From positions 4,574-68,573 of the forward strand of contig JANRJI010000129.1 in assembly GCA_033764055.1 (NCBI GenBank): a stretch of 64,000 nucleotides of DNA. Reading direction: 5' to 3'. Numbering within the stretch: position 1 is the stretch's first letter; every line of letters starts with the position of its first letter. The DNA is from Hyphomicrobiaceae bacterium. GTDB taxonomy: Bacteria > Pseudomonadota > Alphaproteobacteria > Rhizobiales > Hyphomicrobiaceae. Shown here piece after piece: positions 17,060 through 25,443 of the stretch. The position numbers and the translations under genes are program-made. Below the pieces are notes generated by a model. That model searched no databases. It was given only the letters and a program-made list of their open reading frames with translations, and was not told where the DNA came from.

Positions 17060-19570
17060 TCAGCTCGACAGCAGGCTCTTGGCGAGGCGGCCGACAGCCG
17101 TCTTCGGCTGGACGGCTTTGGCCGATGTTGCCTTCTCGAGAGCCGCCGCCGCGGCGCGGCCCGGCTTGCGAGGGGGAAGCTGCTGAGTTCGGAACTGCCC
17201 GGCGAATTGGACCCCGCACCGATTGCCCGCGATCCACACGATCAGGCAAGCCACCGTCGTGCGCTCCTGGGCGATATTGAAAGTCAGCGTCAACTGGTCC
17301 CCGACGACGATCCCGGAGATGCCGTCGCTGAATCTGCCTGACGAGAATTCGAGCTTGGCGCCGCTCGACGACCGGTCGCGGATCGTGCAGTGCAAGGCTT
17401 GGCCGAGATTTTCCGCCGTCAGGGTAGCGGCAAGTCGCGATTCGACACGCCTGTCGCGGCGCTTGTCTTTCGCTGCCCGGGACGCGGCAGCGGCGGTGAC
17501 CAGCGGCACCTCGGCATGCGCACGGGTGACGGCACGTTGCGCTGGGCTCTCCTCGCCACGAGCTGGAGGCTCGGACCCGTCTGCGGCGGGGAGTCGGGGG
17601 ACGGAGGGCTCCGCGGCTGACGCGGTCTGCTCGATAGCAAACTGGTCGATGGGGGCGAGCTGCAAGGCCTCGACGTCGGGTCCGGCAGGAAGGCCCGCGA
17701 GTGCGGCCGTGAGGCTGCCGCTCGCCTCCGGGGCCACCCCGGTCTCGAGTGTGCGGACCGCGGCGTCACGGCGAGTCGCGTGCTCGCGCTGCTCGGCCGC
17801 CTGACGGAGAACGGCAATCTGCCGCTGGGTCTCGGCCTCCATGCGGGCGGACTGCTCGCGGAGCGCCTCGGCCTCGCGCCGGTGTGCCAGCTCATGCTGC
17901 ACGGCTGCCTCGCGCAGAACCGCGAGCTGATGCTCGGCCGCAGCGGCACGTTGCACAGCCTCCTCGCGCTCGGCCTCGGCTCGACGCCGCGCGGCCACCT
18001 CCTGCTCGCGTGCATGGGCCGAGAGCCGGCCGGCATGCTGCTGCTCCGCTACCTCCAGGCGCAAGTCGGCCAGCTTCCGCTCGGCATCGGCAGCGTCGCG
18101 TTCGGCCTCTTGCAGCCGCGTCTCGAGCCGGGCGAGCAGAGTGGCTTCCTCGCGCAGGCGCGCTTCGGCCTCGCGGCTTGTTTCCCGCTCTCGCTCCTCG
18201 GCCTGGTGACGCAGATCGCGGAGCTCGCCCTGCACGTCGTTCAGTCGCCGCTCAGCCTCGTCGCGCTGTGCTTCAGCTGCAAGCCGCGCCGCCTTCTCGC
18301 GTTGCGCGTCGAATCTCAACGTTTGTGCCAGCTCCCGCTGTGCCTCGAGCTCGAGCTGGATCACGTGTTCACGCTGCCGGGCCTGCGCTTCGCGCTCCGC
18401 TGCGTCCTCGGCGTGTGCCATTGTCGCCCGCAGAGTTGCGAGCTCGAGATGAGCCTCGCCCGCGAAATGGGCGGCATGCTCCAGCTCGGCCTCTGTTGCG
18501 AGGCGAGCGGCCTCCTCCCGTTGCCGGGCCTCTCTGTCCTGCTGTGCCAGCCGCTCCGCCTGCTCTACAGCCAAGCGCAGCGCCGTCAGCTCTATCTCTG
18601 CCTGCTCGTTCCGGCGCGCCGCGTCGTCGCGCTCCCGCTCGGCCATCGCCCGGGCCGCGTCGGCTCGCTGCCGTGCCTCGGCCGCCTCACGCATGGCGGT
18701 ATCGAGCTGCTCGGCCGTCTCTCGCAGCTTGGCGATCTCAAGCTGCGCATCGGCCAGGCGGAGCATGGCCGCCTCTCTTTCGGCGTGAGCCGCCTGCCGC
18801 GTGGCTTCCAGCTGCTGCCTCGCCTCAGCATCGCGCCGCCCGGAGAGCGCGTGTCGCTCGGCGGCTTGCCGCAATGCCTGCAGCTCGCTATCGGCTTGCG
18901 CGAGGCGCTCCGCCATCTCGGCCCGCGCCGAATCGGCAGCTGCGCGGGCTGTCTCGGCACGATGCCCCGATTGCGCCTCGCGCTGTGCCGCGAGCTCGTG
19001 CTGCGTGAGCACTCGCCTCAAGGCCGCTAGCTCGTGCTCCGCTGCCACGGCACGCTGCCGAGCTTCCTCCCGTCCGGCCTCGGCCTCGCGCCGAGCCGCC
19101 TGCTCCCGCAGTGCCTCGACCTCGAGACGGGCCGCGATCTCCCGCTGGTGCGTCGCCTCCCGGAGGGCGGCGAGCTCGCGCTGCGCGTCGTCGGCCCGGC
19201 GGGTCGCATCCCCGTGTTGGGCGTCGTTCAGGAAGCGGGTTGCTGTCTCGCGATCGAGCGTACCGCCGGACGGCGACGGGGCCGGCGTGCGCGGCTGCTC
19301 CGGCAGCCCCTGCCCAGACGGCAAGGCCTCGGCCGGATCGACGCCGTCGCCCGGCTCCTCGCGCCAGTCCTCGTGTGGGGCTTCCGTTTCGGCGTTCGCG
19401 AAGGTGGCCGGGGCCGCGGCAACGTCGGGCGAGGGCAGGTAGGACGTATCAATTTCGACCCGTGGGGCCTTCGGCGGCGCCGACCTGCGCACGCGCTCGG
19501 ACGTCTCGACGACGGCATTGAGCCGCGACGCGAGCCGAGCATCCTTCTTACGCCAGAACTTGGCACGCAC
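17060..19570 (-). CDS. large coiled-coil repeat protein with C-terminal PilZ (c-di-GMP binding) domain
   Basis: GTG at 19570 preceded by AGGAG. About 470 residues of Ala/Glu/Arg/Gln heptad-like sequence with roughly 10 recurrences of a ..EL.ALR.. unit every ~45-55 aa. C-terminus carries RRDRR (RxxxR) and DRSSSGA (DxSxxG), the PilZ signature (about nt 17186-17464). Confidence 0.85.
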   Translation of the reverse strand: MRAKFWRKKDARLASRLNAVVETSERVRRSAPPKAPRVEIDTSYLPSPDVAAAPATFANAETEAPHEDWREEPGDGVDPAEALPSGQGLPEQPRTPAPSPSGGTLDRETATRFLNDAQHGDATRRADDAQRELAALREATHQREIAARLEVEALREQAARREAEAGREEARQRAVAAEHELAALRRVLTQHELAAQREAQSGHRAETARAAADSARAEMAERLAQADSELQALRQAAERHALSGRRDAEARQQLEATRQAAHAEREAAMLRLADAQLEIAKLRETAEQLDTAMREAAEARQRADAARAMAERERDDAARRNEQAEIELTALRLAVEQAERLAQQDREARQREEAARLATEAELEHAAHFAGEAHLELATLRATMAHAEDAAEREAQARQREHVIQLELEAQRELAQTLRFDAQREKAARLAAEAQRDEAERRLNDVQGELRDLRHQAEERERETSREAEARLREEATLLARLETRLQEAERDAADAERKLADLRLEVAEQQHAGRLSAHAREQEVAARRRAEAEREEAVQRAAAAEHQLAVLREAAVQHELAHRREAEALREQSARMEAETQRQIAVLRQAAEQREHATRRDAAVRTLETGVAPEASGSLTAALAGLPAGPDVEALQLAPIDQFAIEQTASAAEPSVPRLPAADGSEPPARGEESPAQRAVTRAHAEVPLVTAAAASRAAKDKRRDRRVESRLAATLTAENLGQALHCTIRDRSSSGAKLEFSSGRFSDGISGIVVGDQLTLTFNIAQERTTVACLIVWIAGNRCGVQFAGQFRTQQLPPRKPGRAAAAALEKATSAKAVQPKTAVGRLAKSLLSS

Positions 19571-19739
19571 GAGACGGGCTCCTGATGGGCGAGTTGAGCT
19601 GCGCGAGCCCGTTGTGCCGGAAAAATGCTAACCTCTCGTCAATCGTCCGTAGTCGCGTCGAGCGGGCATCGGCTCGGCTGCAGCGAGGCGTCGTCTGGCT
19701 CCGGATGCAGTTGCCCTCCGTGCCAAACAGGGGCGATCG

Positions 19740-20768
19740 TCAACCGCGGGATACCTTGACCTTGCGCAGCTCCGGCAGCAGCTCGTCGGAGATCAGCCGC
19801 ATGCTCGGCAGCGACACCGAGGCCGGCATGCCGGCCCAGTTGGTGCGCACGACGAGATGGCTGCAGCCGAGCTCGGACCAGTAGGGTCGGAGCTGCTCGA
19901 AGCACTCCTCCGGCGAGCCGATGATGAAGCGGCCCTCGGTCAATTGCTCGAACGAGCGCGAGAAATCGGCGTTGTCGGGCATCACCTTGTCCTGGCCCCA
20001 CTTGGCGTAGTCCGCGTACTTGCCGCCGAGGTAGGGCGCTGCCATCTCGATCGCCGTGCGGCGGTCCTTGGCGCAGTAGACCTCCTTGAACACCGGCAGG
20101 TCAGCCGGGAACGGCTTGCCGCAAGCCTTCAACTCGTCGCGGTAGACGTCCATCATGCGCCTGAGCGATGCGAGTGTGGCGTGGGGGTTGATGAACCAGG
20201 CGTCCGAGAGGCGCGCGGCGCGACGCACCGCCGGATCGTTGTTTGCGGCAATCCAGATCGGCGGTCGCGGCTGCTGGATCGGCCGGATGTTCATGACCAC
20301 CTTGTCGAGCCGGCAGGTGGCATCCTCGTAGCTGACCGGCTTGCCGGTCCATAGTTGCTGCACGAGATCGAGATAGGTCTCAAAGCGCCGGACGCGCTCG
20401 CCTTTCGGCACGGCGAAGGCATCGAACTCCATGTCGCGATAGCCAAGGCCGACGCCGAAGACGAAGTTGCCCCTGGCGATGATGTCGAGCGTGGCGATGG
20501 TCTCGGCGGTGTAGACCGGGTTGTGCAGATTGAGCAGCAGGATGCCGGTGCCGATAGTCATCTCGCCCGCCTCGGCGGCGAGCCGCGCCAGGAACGGCAC
20601 GAGCTGAAGTTGCTTGTTGTTGCCCTCGTTGAGGTAGTGCTGGCCGGTGAGCAAGCTGTCCCAGCCCCGGTCACGCGCGTGATGCACCATGGCGATCTGG
20701 TCGCCGAGCGCCTGCACCATGTCCATGCCGACATGTTGCTGGTTGGTGATGAAGAGGCCGACTTTCAT
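19740..20768 (-). CDS. LLM-class (luciferase-like) flavin-dependent oxidoreductase
   Basis: ATG at 20768 (MKVGLFITNQQHVGMDMVQALGDQIAMVHHARDRGWDSLLTGQHY...). The N-terminal part of track ORF 19740..20957 is discounted. Weak SD. Confidence 0.8.
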   Translation of the reverse strand: MKVGLFITNQQHVGMDMVQALGDQIAMVHHARDRGWDSLLTGQHYLNEGNNKQLQLVPFLARLAAEAGEMTIGTGILLLNLHNPVYTAETIATLDIIARGNFVFGVGLGYRDMEFDAFAVPKGERVRRFETYLDLVQQLWTGKPVSYEDATCRLDKVVMNIRPIQQPRPPIWIAANNDPAVRRAARLSDAWFINPHATLASLRRMMDVYRDELKACGKPFPADLPVFKEVYCAKDRRTAIEMAAPYLGGKYADYAKWGQDKVMPDNADFSRSFEQLTEGRFIIGSPEECFEQLRPYWSELGCSHLVVRTNWAGMPASVSLPSMRLISDELLPELRKVKVSRG

Positions 20769-21106
20769 GGGAGAGCCCGTGGTGTGTGAGTGGGAACCGG
20801 GCGGACAGTAGGCGCGGCGGCAGAGGTGGGAAAGGGGTGAGCTTCGGTCGCGCGCTCGGCGCGACATCCAGCCGGGCTGCTCGGCACAGCGGGGCGAGCA
20901 GGGCTGAGGGTGCCATGACGTGTATGCCGCCGTCGCTCGGCATCGGCGCTCAAACAACAGTCCCTCGGTCCGACATGGACACCGGCTGGAGGTCTCATTG
21001 GGCAGTGGGGGAGGTGTCTGGCCGAGACCTCGTGTGGCGCTCGTCCGTAGAAGTCGTGACGCGCCGTAGCGACCAATCTGAGCTCCTCAATCCCGCAGGG
21101 CGAAAT

Positions 21107-21451
21107 TCACCCGCGCGAGATCAAGCCGAATGCCGCATAAGATGCGATCAGAGCCACAAAGGCCCCAGTAATCCAAATTCCCATTATTGCGACGGCATCG
21201 ATCGGTCCTCCGACATCCGTCAGCCGGGAGCTCGTCACCGTCTGCACGAGCCAGACCGCGGCGAGACCGCCGGCGATGCCGATCAACTCGGCCAGGATGA
21301 GCCGGCGCGCCTGCAGCCGGCGCTCGCGCACCAGAACCAGGACAAACGCGAGCGCCACGGCCAGCGCGAGCGCCAGGAGTGCCCAGAACAGCCAGCGCCC
21401 GAACATCTCCTCGAACACCGCGACGAGAGTGGAGAAGGTCAGCTCCTTCAT
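21107..21451 (-). CDS. small integral membrane protein (3 predicted TM helices), co-transcribed with SQR
   Basis: 114 aa. GAGGAGG 7 nt upstream of the ATG, only 12 nt after the SQR stop. Hydrophobic segments WLFWALLALALAVALAFVLVLV, LIGIAGGLAAVWLV and IMGIWITGAFVALIASYAAFGLI. Confidence 0.7.
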   Translation of the reverse strand: MKELTFSTLVAVFEEMFGRWLFWALLALALAVALAFVLVLVRERRLQARRLILAELIGIAGGLAAVWLVQTVTSSRLTDVGGPIDAVAIMGIWITGAFVALIASYAAFGLISRG

Positions 21452-21463
21452 GGTCGATCCTCC

Positions 21464-22798
21464 TCAGGCACGCCCACGCAGCATGGCCAGATAGGTTGGC
21501 TTCAGCGCGATCTCCTTCATCAGCCATGTGACCCAAAGCTCCTCCAGCGGCGCAATGATACCTGGGAAGGACGGCGTGAGATTGTTGTCGTAGTCGAACT
21601 CGACGAGCATCGCGCGTCCGATCCGCGTGATAAGCGGGCAGGAGGTGTAGCCGTTGTAGGTGGCGCCGGACTTGCGGCCGGATAAGTCGGCGACAATGTG
21701 CTCGACGGCGACGGGCGCCTGCCATTTGACGCTGGCAGCGGTCTTGCCTTTCGGCACGCCGGCCACGTCGCCGACCGCGAACACGTTGGCGAAGCGGATG
21801 TGTCGCAAGGTCGTCTTGTCGACCTCGACCCATCCATCTGCTGCCAACGGACCAGATTGCCAGGCAAGAGGGCTCTTGCGCACGGCGGCCGCCGCCCGCA
21901 TCGGAGGCACGACGTTGATGAAGTCGTAGCCAATCTGGGCTTGGCCTTTCGGCGTCTCGAATGTGGCGATCCTGCGGCCGGGGTCGATTGCCTTGAGGAC
22001 GTGACTGTAGACCACGTCGATGCCGCGCTCGGCATAGAGCATGCGCACCTTCTCGCTGACGATCGGCACGCTGAACAGGGCCCCGGCATGCGCTGCATAG
22101 GTCAGCTTGACTTTCTGGCGCGTGCCCTTGCGTCGGGCATAGTCGTCGGTAATGAAAGCGTACTTGAGGGGGGCGCCTGCGCACTTCATCTCCGTAGCCG
22201 GACGCTGGAACAGCCCCGCACCACCTTTGTCGGTGAAGCGGGACATTTCCTCCCAAGTCCTGCGCGCGCCCTCAGGACCGGCGTACACGCTGCCTATCCC
22301 GTCGCGCCCTATCAGGTCGGTCGTCATGCCTTCGATCGCCGCATAATCGAGGTCGAGGCCGGTGGCGACGACGAGAACGTCGTAGCCCAGCGACTTGCCG
22401 GTCGAGGTCACGACGCGATTGGCTTGCGGGTCGAGCTCGGCAACCGCCTCCTCGATCCATTCGACACCAGGCGGCACCCATTGCCGGGTGGTGGAGACGG
22501 GATAGCCGGCGGACTTCAGCCCGGCGGCGACGAGCGTATAGCCGGGTTGGTAATAGTGCTCCTTGCGCGCGTCGAGCAACGTGAGGCGCGCGCCATCGAG
22601 CCGCGCTACCAGATGATTGGCGACGGTCAGCCCCGCCGCTCCTGCGCCGGCGATGACGATATGGGCCTTCGTGGCAACCTTGGCAGCGGCTGCCCTGGAC
22701 GGCGCGGCCACTCCGGAGGCCAGCGCCGCGCCACTGATTGCGAGCAGATGCCGGCGCGAAAGGTCGAGGTCGATCCGACGAGACCTGGACTGTGTCAT
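21464..22798 (-). CDS. sqr: sulfide:quinone oxidoreductase, type II (SQRDL-like), with twin-arginine signal
   Basis: ATG at 22798 (MTQSRSRRIDLDLSRRHLLAISGAALASGVAAPSRAAAAK). Then AHIVIAGAGAAGL (FAD fold), HYYQPGYTLVAAG, KCAGAPLKYAF and GYTSCPLIT, which match my memory of type II SQR redox-Cys contexts. The upstream 141 codons of track ORF 21464..23221 are junk. Confidence 0.8.
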   Translation of the reverse strand: MTQSRSRRIDLDLSRRHLLAISGAALASGVAAPSRAAAAKVATKAHIVIAGAGAAGLTVANHLVARLDGARLTLLDARKEHYYQPGYTLVAAGLKSAGYPVSTTRQWVPPGVEWIEEAVAELDPQANRVVTSTGKSLGYDVLVVATGLDLDYAAIEGMTTDLIGRDGIGSVYAGPEGARRTWEEMSRFTDKGGAGLFQRPATEMKCAGAPLKYAFITDDYARRKGTRQKVKLTYAAHAGALFSVPIVSEKVRMLYAERGIDVVYSHVLKAIDPGRRIATFETPKGQAQIGYDFINVVPPMRAAAAVRKSPLAWQSGPLAADGWVEVDKTTLRHIRFANVFAVGDVAGVPKGKTAASVKWQAPVAVEHIVADLSGRKSGATYNGYTSCPLITRIGRAMLVEFDYDNNLTPSFPGIIAPLEELWVTWLMKEIALKPTYLAMLRGRA

Positions 22799-22907
22799 GT
22801 GTCTGCTCTGCAATCCCAAGTGACGCTTGAAACCTCCTGCTGCCAGGAGCCTGCCGCATTGCGTCCGGTCAATGTGCGACCGCTGCCGCCTATGGCTCCT
22901 GTCAGCT

Positions 22908-24167
22908 ATGAGACAGGCCCTGCAATTGTCGTGTGCGGTTGCACTGCTTTTGCTGGCACTGGCTGCCGCGGTGGCGCAGGAGCCGACACAGAGCCAGGAG
23001 ATTCGCGCCTCCCCGGGCATCACGGTCGACGTCCACCTGTTCTGGACGTCGACCTGCCCGCATTGCGCCAATGCGCGCCGGTTCCTCGAGCGGGTCGTCC
23101 CGGCCCTGCCCGGTGCCCGCCTGCGCTCATTGGAGCTCGACGGCGACGGTCGCAGAGAGGCGGCTTTCATCGCGCTGTCGAGGCGATTCAAGAACGATCC
23201 GCCGGGCGTGCCGCTGATCATCGTCGGCGAGGAGGCGTTCGTCGGCTACCGCGATGACGCGACGACGGGCGGTGAGATCGAGCACCGGATCAAGGCTTGC
23301 CTCGCTGTATCCTGCACCGATGTCGCGGGGCCGATCCTGGCCGAAGCCGGTCTGAACGCGCCCGGCGCATCCGAGATGGCCGATCAGCAAGGCCCTCGCA
23401 TCAGGCGTCCGGAGCTGCCGCCGACAATCTCGCTCCCCGGCTTCGGCAGCATCGAGACTCGAGCTCTGTCGCTGCCGGTGCTGACCATCGTGCTCGGCGC
23501 GGTCGACGGCTTCAATCCGTGCGCGATGTGGGTGCTGGTGTTCCTGATCGGCCTACTGGTCGGATTGAAAGATCGCGTCCGAATGTGGAGCTACGGCGTG
23601 GCGTTCCTGCTGACGTCGGGTGCCGTCTACTTCGTGTTCATGGCCGCCTGGCTCAACCTGTTTCTGTTCCTCGGCTCGCTTGCCTGGATCAGGACGGCCG
23701 TTGGTGCATTCGCCTTGGGAGCCGGCGCCTGGTACCTGCGCGAGTTCGTGCGCAATCCGGATGCCGCGTGCCCGGTGACGACGCCGGGTGAGAAGAAGCA
23801 CGTGATGGACCGGCTGAAGAGTGCGGTCACCGAGCGATCCTTCGTCATGGCGATCCTCGGCATCATGACGCTCGCCGTCGCCGTAAACATGATCGAGCTG
23901 CTTTGCTCGGCGGGCATCCCGGCGGTCTACACGCAGGTGCTGGCGCTCAGCGATCTCACGCCGCTCGGCTACTACGCCTATCTGGCGCTCTACATCGCCG
24001 TGTTCATGCTGGACGACGCGGCGATCTTCGTCGCTGCCATGCTGACGCTGCAGGCGACGGGGCTCGCGGCGTCCTATTCGCGCTGGTCGCATCTCATCGG
24101 CGGCGGCGTGCTGCTCTGTATCGGGCTATTGCTCATCTTCAGGCCCCAGTGGCTCGCCATGGCGTGA
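22908..24167 (+). CDS. thioredoxin-fold (CPHC) domain fused to DsbD/CcdA-like membrane domain
   Basis: ATG 22908 (MRQALQLSCAVALLLLALAAAVAQ... signal). WTSTCPHCANARRFL is a redox motif. The membrane part has Cys in TM helices (DGFNPCAMWVL, ELLCSAGIPAVY), as in DsbD_2-type electron transporters. Confidence 0.75.
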   Translation: MRQALQLSCAVALLLLALAAAVAQEPTQSQEIRASPGITVDVHLFWTSTCPHCANARRFLERVVPALPGARLRSLELDGDGRREAAFIALSRRFKNDPPGVPLIIVGEEAFVGYRDDATTGGEIEHRIKACLAVSCTDVAGPILAEAGLNAPGASEMADQQGPRIRRPELPPTISLPGFGSIETRALSLPVLTIVLGAVDGFNPCAMWVLVFLIGLLVGLKDRVRMWSYGVAFLLTSGAVYFVFMAAWLNLFLFLGSLAWIRTAVGAFALGAGAWYLREFVRNPDAACPVTTPGEKKHVMDRLKSAVTERSFVMAILGIMTLAVAVNMIELLCSAGIPAVYTQVLALSDLTPLGYYAYLALYIAVFMLDDAAIFVAAMLTLQATGLAASYSRWSHLIGGGVLLCIGLLLIFRPQWLAMA

Positions 24168-24276
24168 GTGGCATCGTCCCTAAGCGAGTGTCGCGGGGCA
24201 TCGCGGTCGACGGTGCGGCGTGCAGGATTGCCGCCACTCGGAGGACGCACGACGGGGGCGACACCCCGATCGGCGG

Positions 24277-24807
24277 CTAGCTCTGCCCGAGACCAAGCAA
24301 GCCAACGAGTGCGCCGGCGGCAAGCAAGACGATGGGGTGGAGGCGCGTTGCCAGCGACAGGGCTGCGGACGCGACGGCGATGGTGAGGAGTGGCCAGGAA
24401 TGGGCCAGCGTCTCGGTGAGGACCACGGCGCTGGCAGCGATCAAGCCTGCCGTCACCGGCACGAGACCGACCTGGACAATGCTGCGCAAGCGATGCGCTT
24501 TGAATCGCTCCCAGAGATGCAGCACCACGCATGTGATGACCGACGAAGGCCCGAACATCGCCAGCGACGAGACGAGGAGGCCCGGCAACCCTGCGACGCG
24601 CCAGCCAACCAGAGGAACAATCATCAGATTCGGCCCGGGCGCGGCCTGCGCCAGGGCGAACAGTGCTGCGAACTGCTGGTTCGTCATCCAATGATGGACG
24701 TCGACCACCTGCCGCCGCATCTCGGGCAGGATGGTGTTGCCGCCGCCGAAGGCGAGCAGCGACAGCTCCAGAAAAATGGCGATGAGCGAGATGAGGACCG
24801 GGATCAC
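24277..24807 (-). CDS. chromate transporter family protein (short CHR, C-terminal-type half)
   Basis: GTG at 24807 (VIPVLISLIAIFLELSLLAFGGGNTILPEM...) overlaps the upstream gene stop (GTGA). The rest of track ORF 24277..25188 is a shadow. Confidence 0.75.
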   Translation of the reverse strand: MIPVLISLIAIFLELSLLAFGGGNTILPEMRRQVVDVHHWMTNQQFAALFALAQAAPGPNLMIVPLVGWRVAGLPGLLVSSLAMFGPSSVITCVVLHLWERFKAHRLRSIVQVGLVPVTAGLIAASAVVLTETLAHSWPLLTIAVASAALSLATRLHPIVLLAAGALVGLLGLGQS

Positions 24808-25367
24808 CGCAGCAGTCTCCAAGCCGCCAGGATGCTCATGGGCGCCAGCGTCAGCAATACCAGCAGGAGGGGCAGCTTGAGCACGGCGATGGCCAGGACT
24901 GCGACCGCGGCAATGGCGAGCCCGGCCGGCTTTCCCCGGAGCGGCCACAGGATCTTGAGGGCCGTCGAGAGCAGGAGACCTGCCGCAGCAGCAGCGAGCC
25001 CTGTGAAAAGATGCCGGACGTGCGGATCGTTCTGGTAGCGGTCGTAGATGGTGCCGAGCGCGATTACGATCGCCGTCGGCATCGCGATGAGCCCGGCGAT
25101 GGATGCAACCGCACCTGAGATGCCGCGGAACTTCATGCCGACCGCGACCGACATGTTGACGATGTTGCCGCCCGGCAGGAACTGGCACAGGCCGAGGAGA
25201 TCCGTGAATTCGGCGGCGGTCAGCCAGCGGCGCTGCTCGACCAGCATGGCGCGCGCAAGCGGAAGCACGCCGCCGAATCCCATCATGCCGAGCAGAAGAA
25301 ATCCGACGAATAGCTGGCGAACCGTCGGTTCGGCTTCTTCGGAAGGCGGGTGGTCCGAGGTCATCAT
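24804..25367 (-). CDS. chromate transporter family protein (short CHR, N-terminal-type half)
   Basis: ATG at 25367/25364 (MMTSDHPPSEEAEPTVRQLFVGFLLLGMMGFGGVLPLARAMLVEQRRWLT...). The track ORF opens with GTG at 25376. Confidence 0.8.
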   Translation of the reverse strand: MMTSDHPPSEEAEPTVRQLFVGFLLLGMMGFGGVLPLARAMLVEQRRWLTAAEFTDLLGLCQFLPGGNIVNMSVAVGMKFRGISGAVASIAGLIAMPTAIVIALGTIYDRYQNDPHVRHLFTGLAAAAAGLLLSTALKILWPLRGKPAGLAIAAVAVLAIAVLKLPLLLVLLTLAPMSILAAWRLLR

Positions 25368-25443
25368 GAGACGCACATCGAGGGCGGGCGGAGACTGTCG
25401 CCGACGGCCGTGAGGTTGCGCGGATCGGCGTCGGTCACAGGGC

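Noticed and set aside
17500-19200. Repetitive DNA in the PilZ gene as a tandem-repeat, CRISPR-like or contingency locus.
   Set aside because: The repetition is degenerate at the nucleotide level and only periodic at the protein level (coiled-coil units). No exact direct repeats with spacers.
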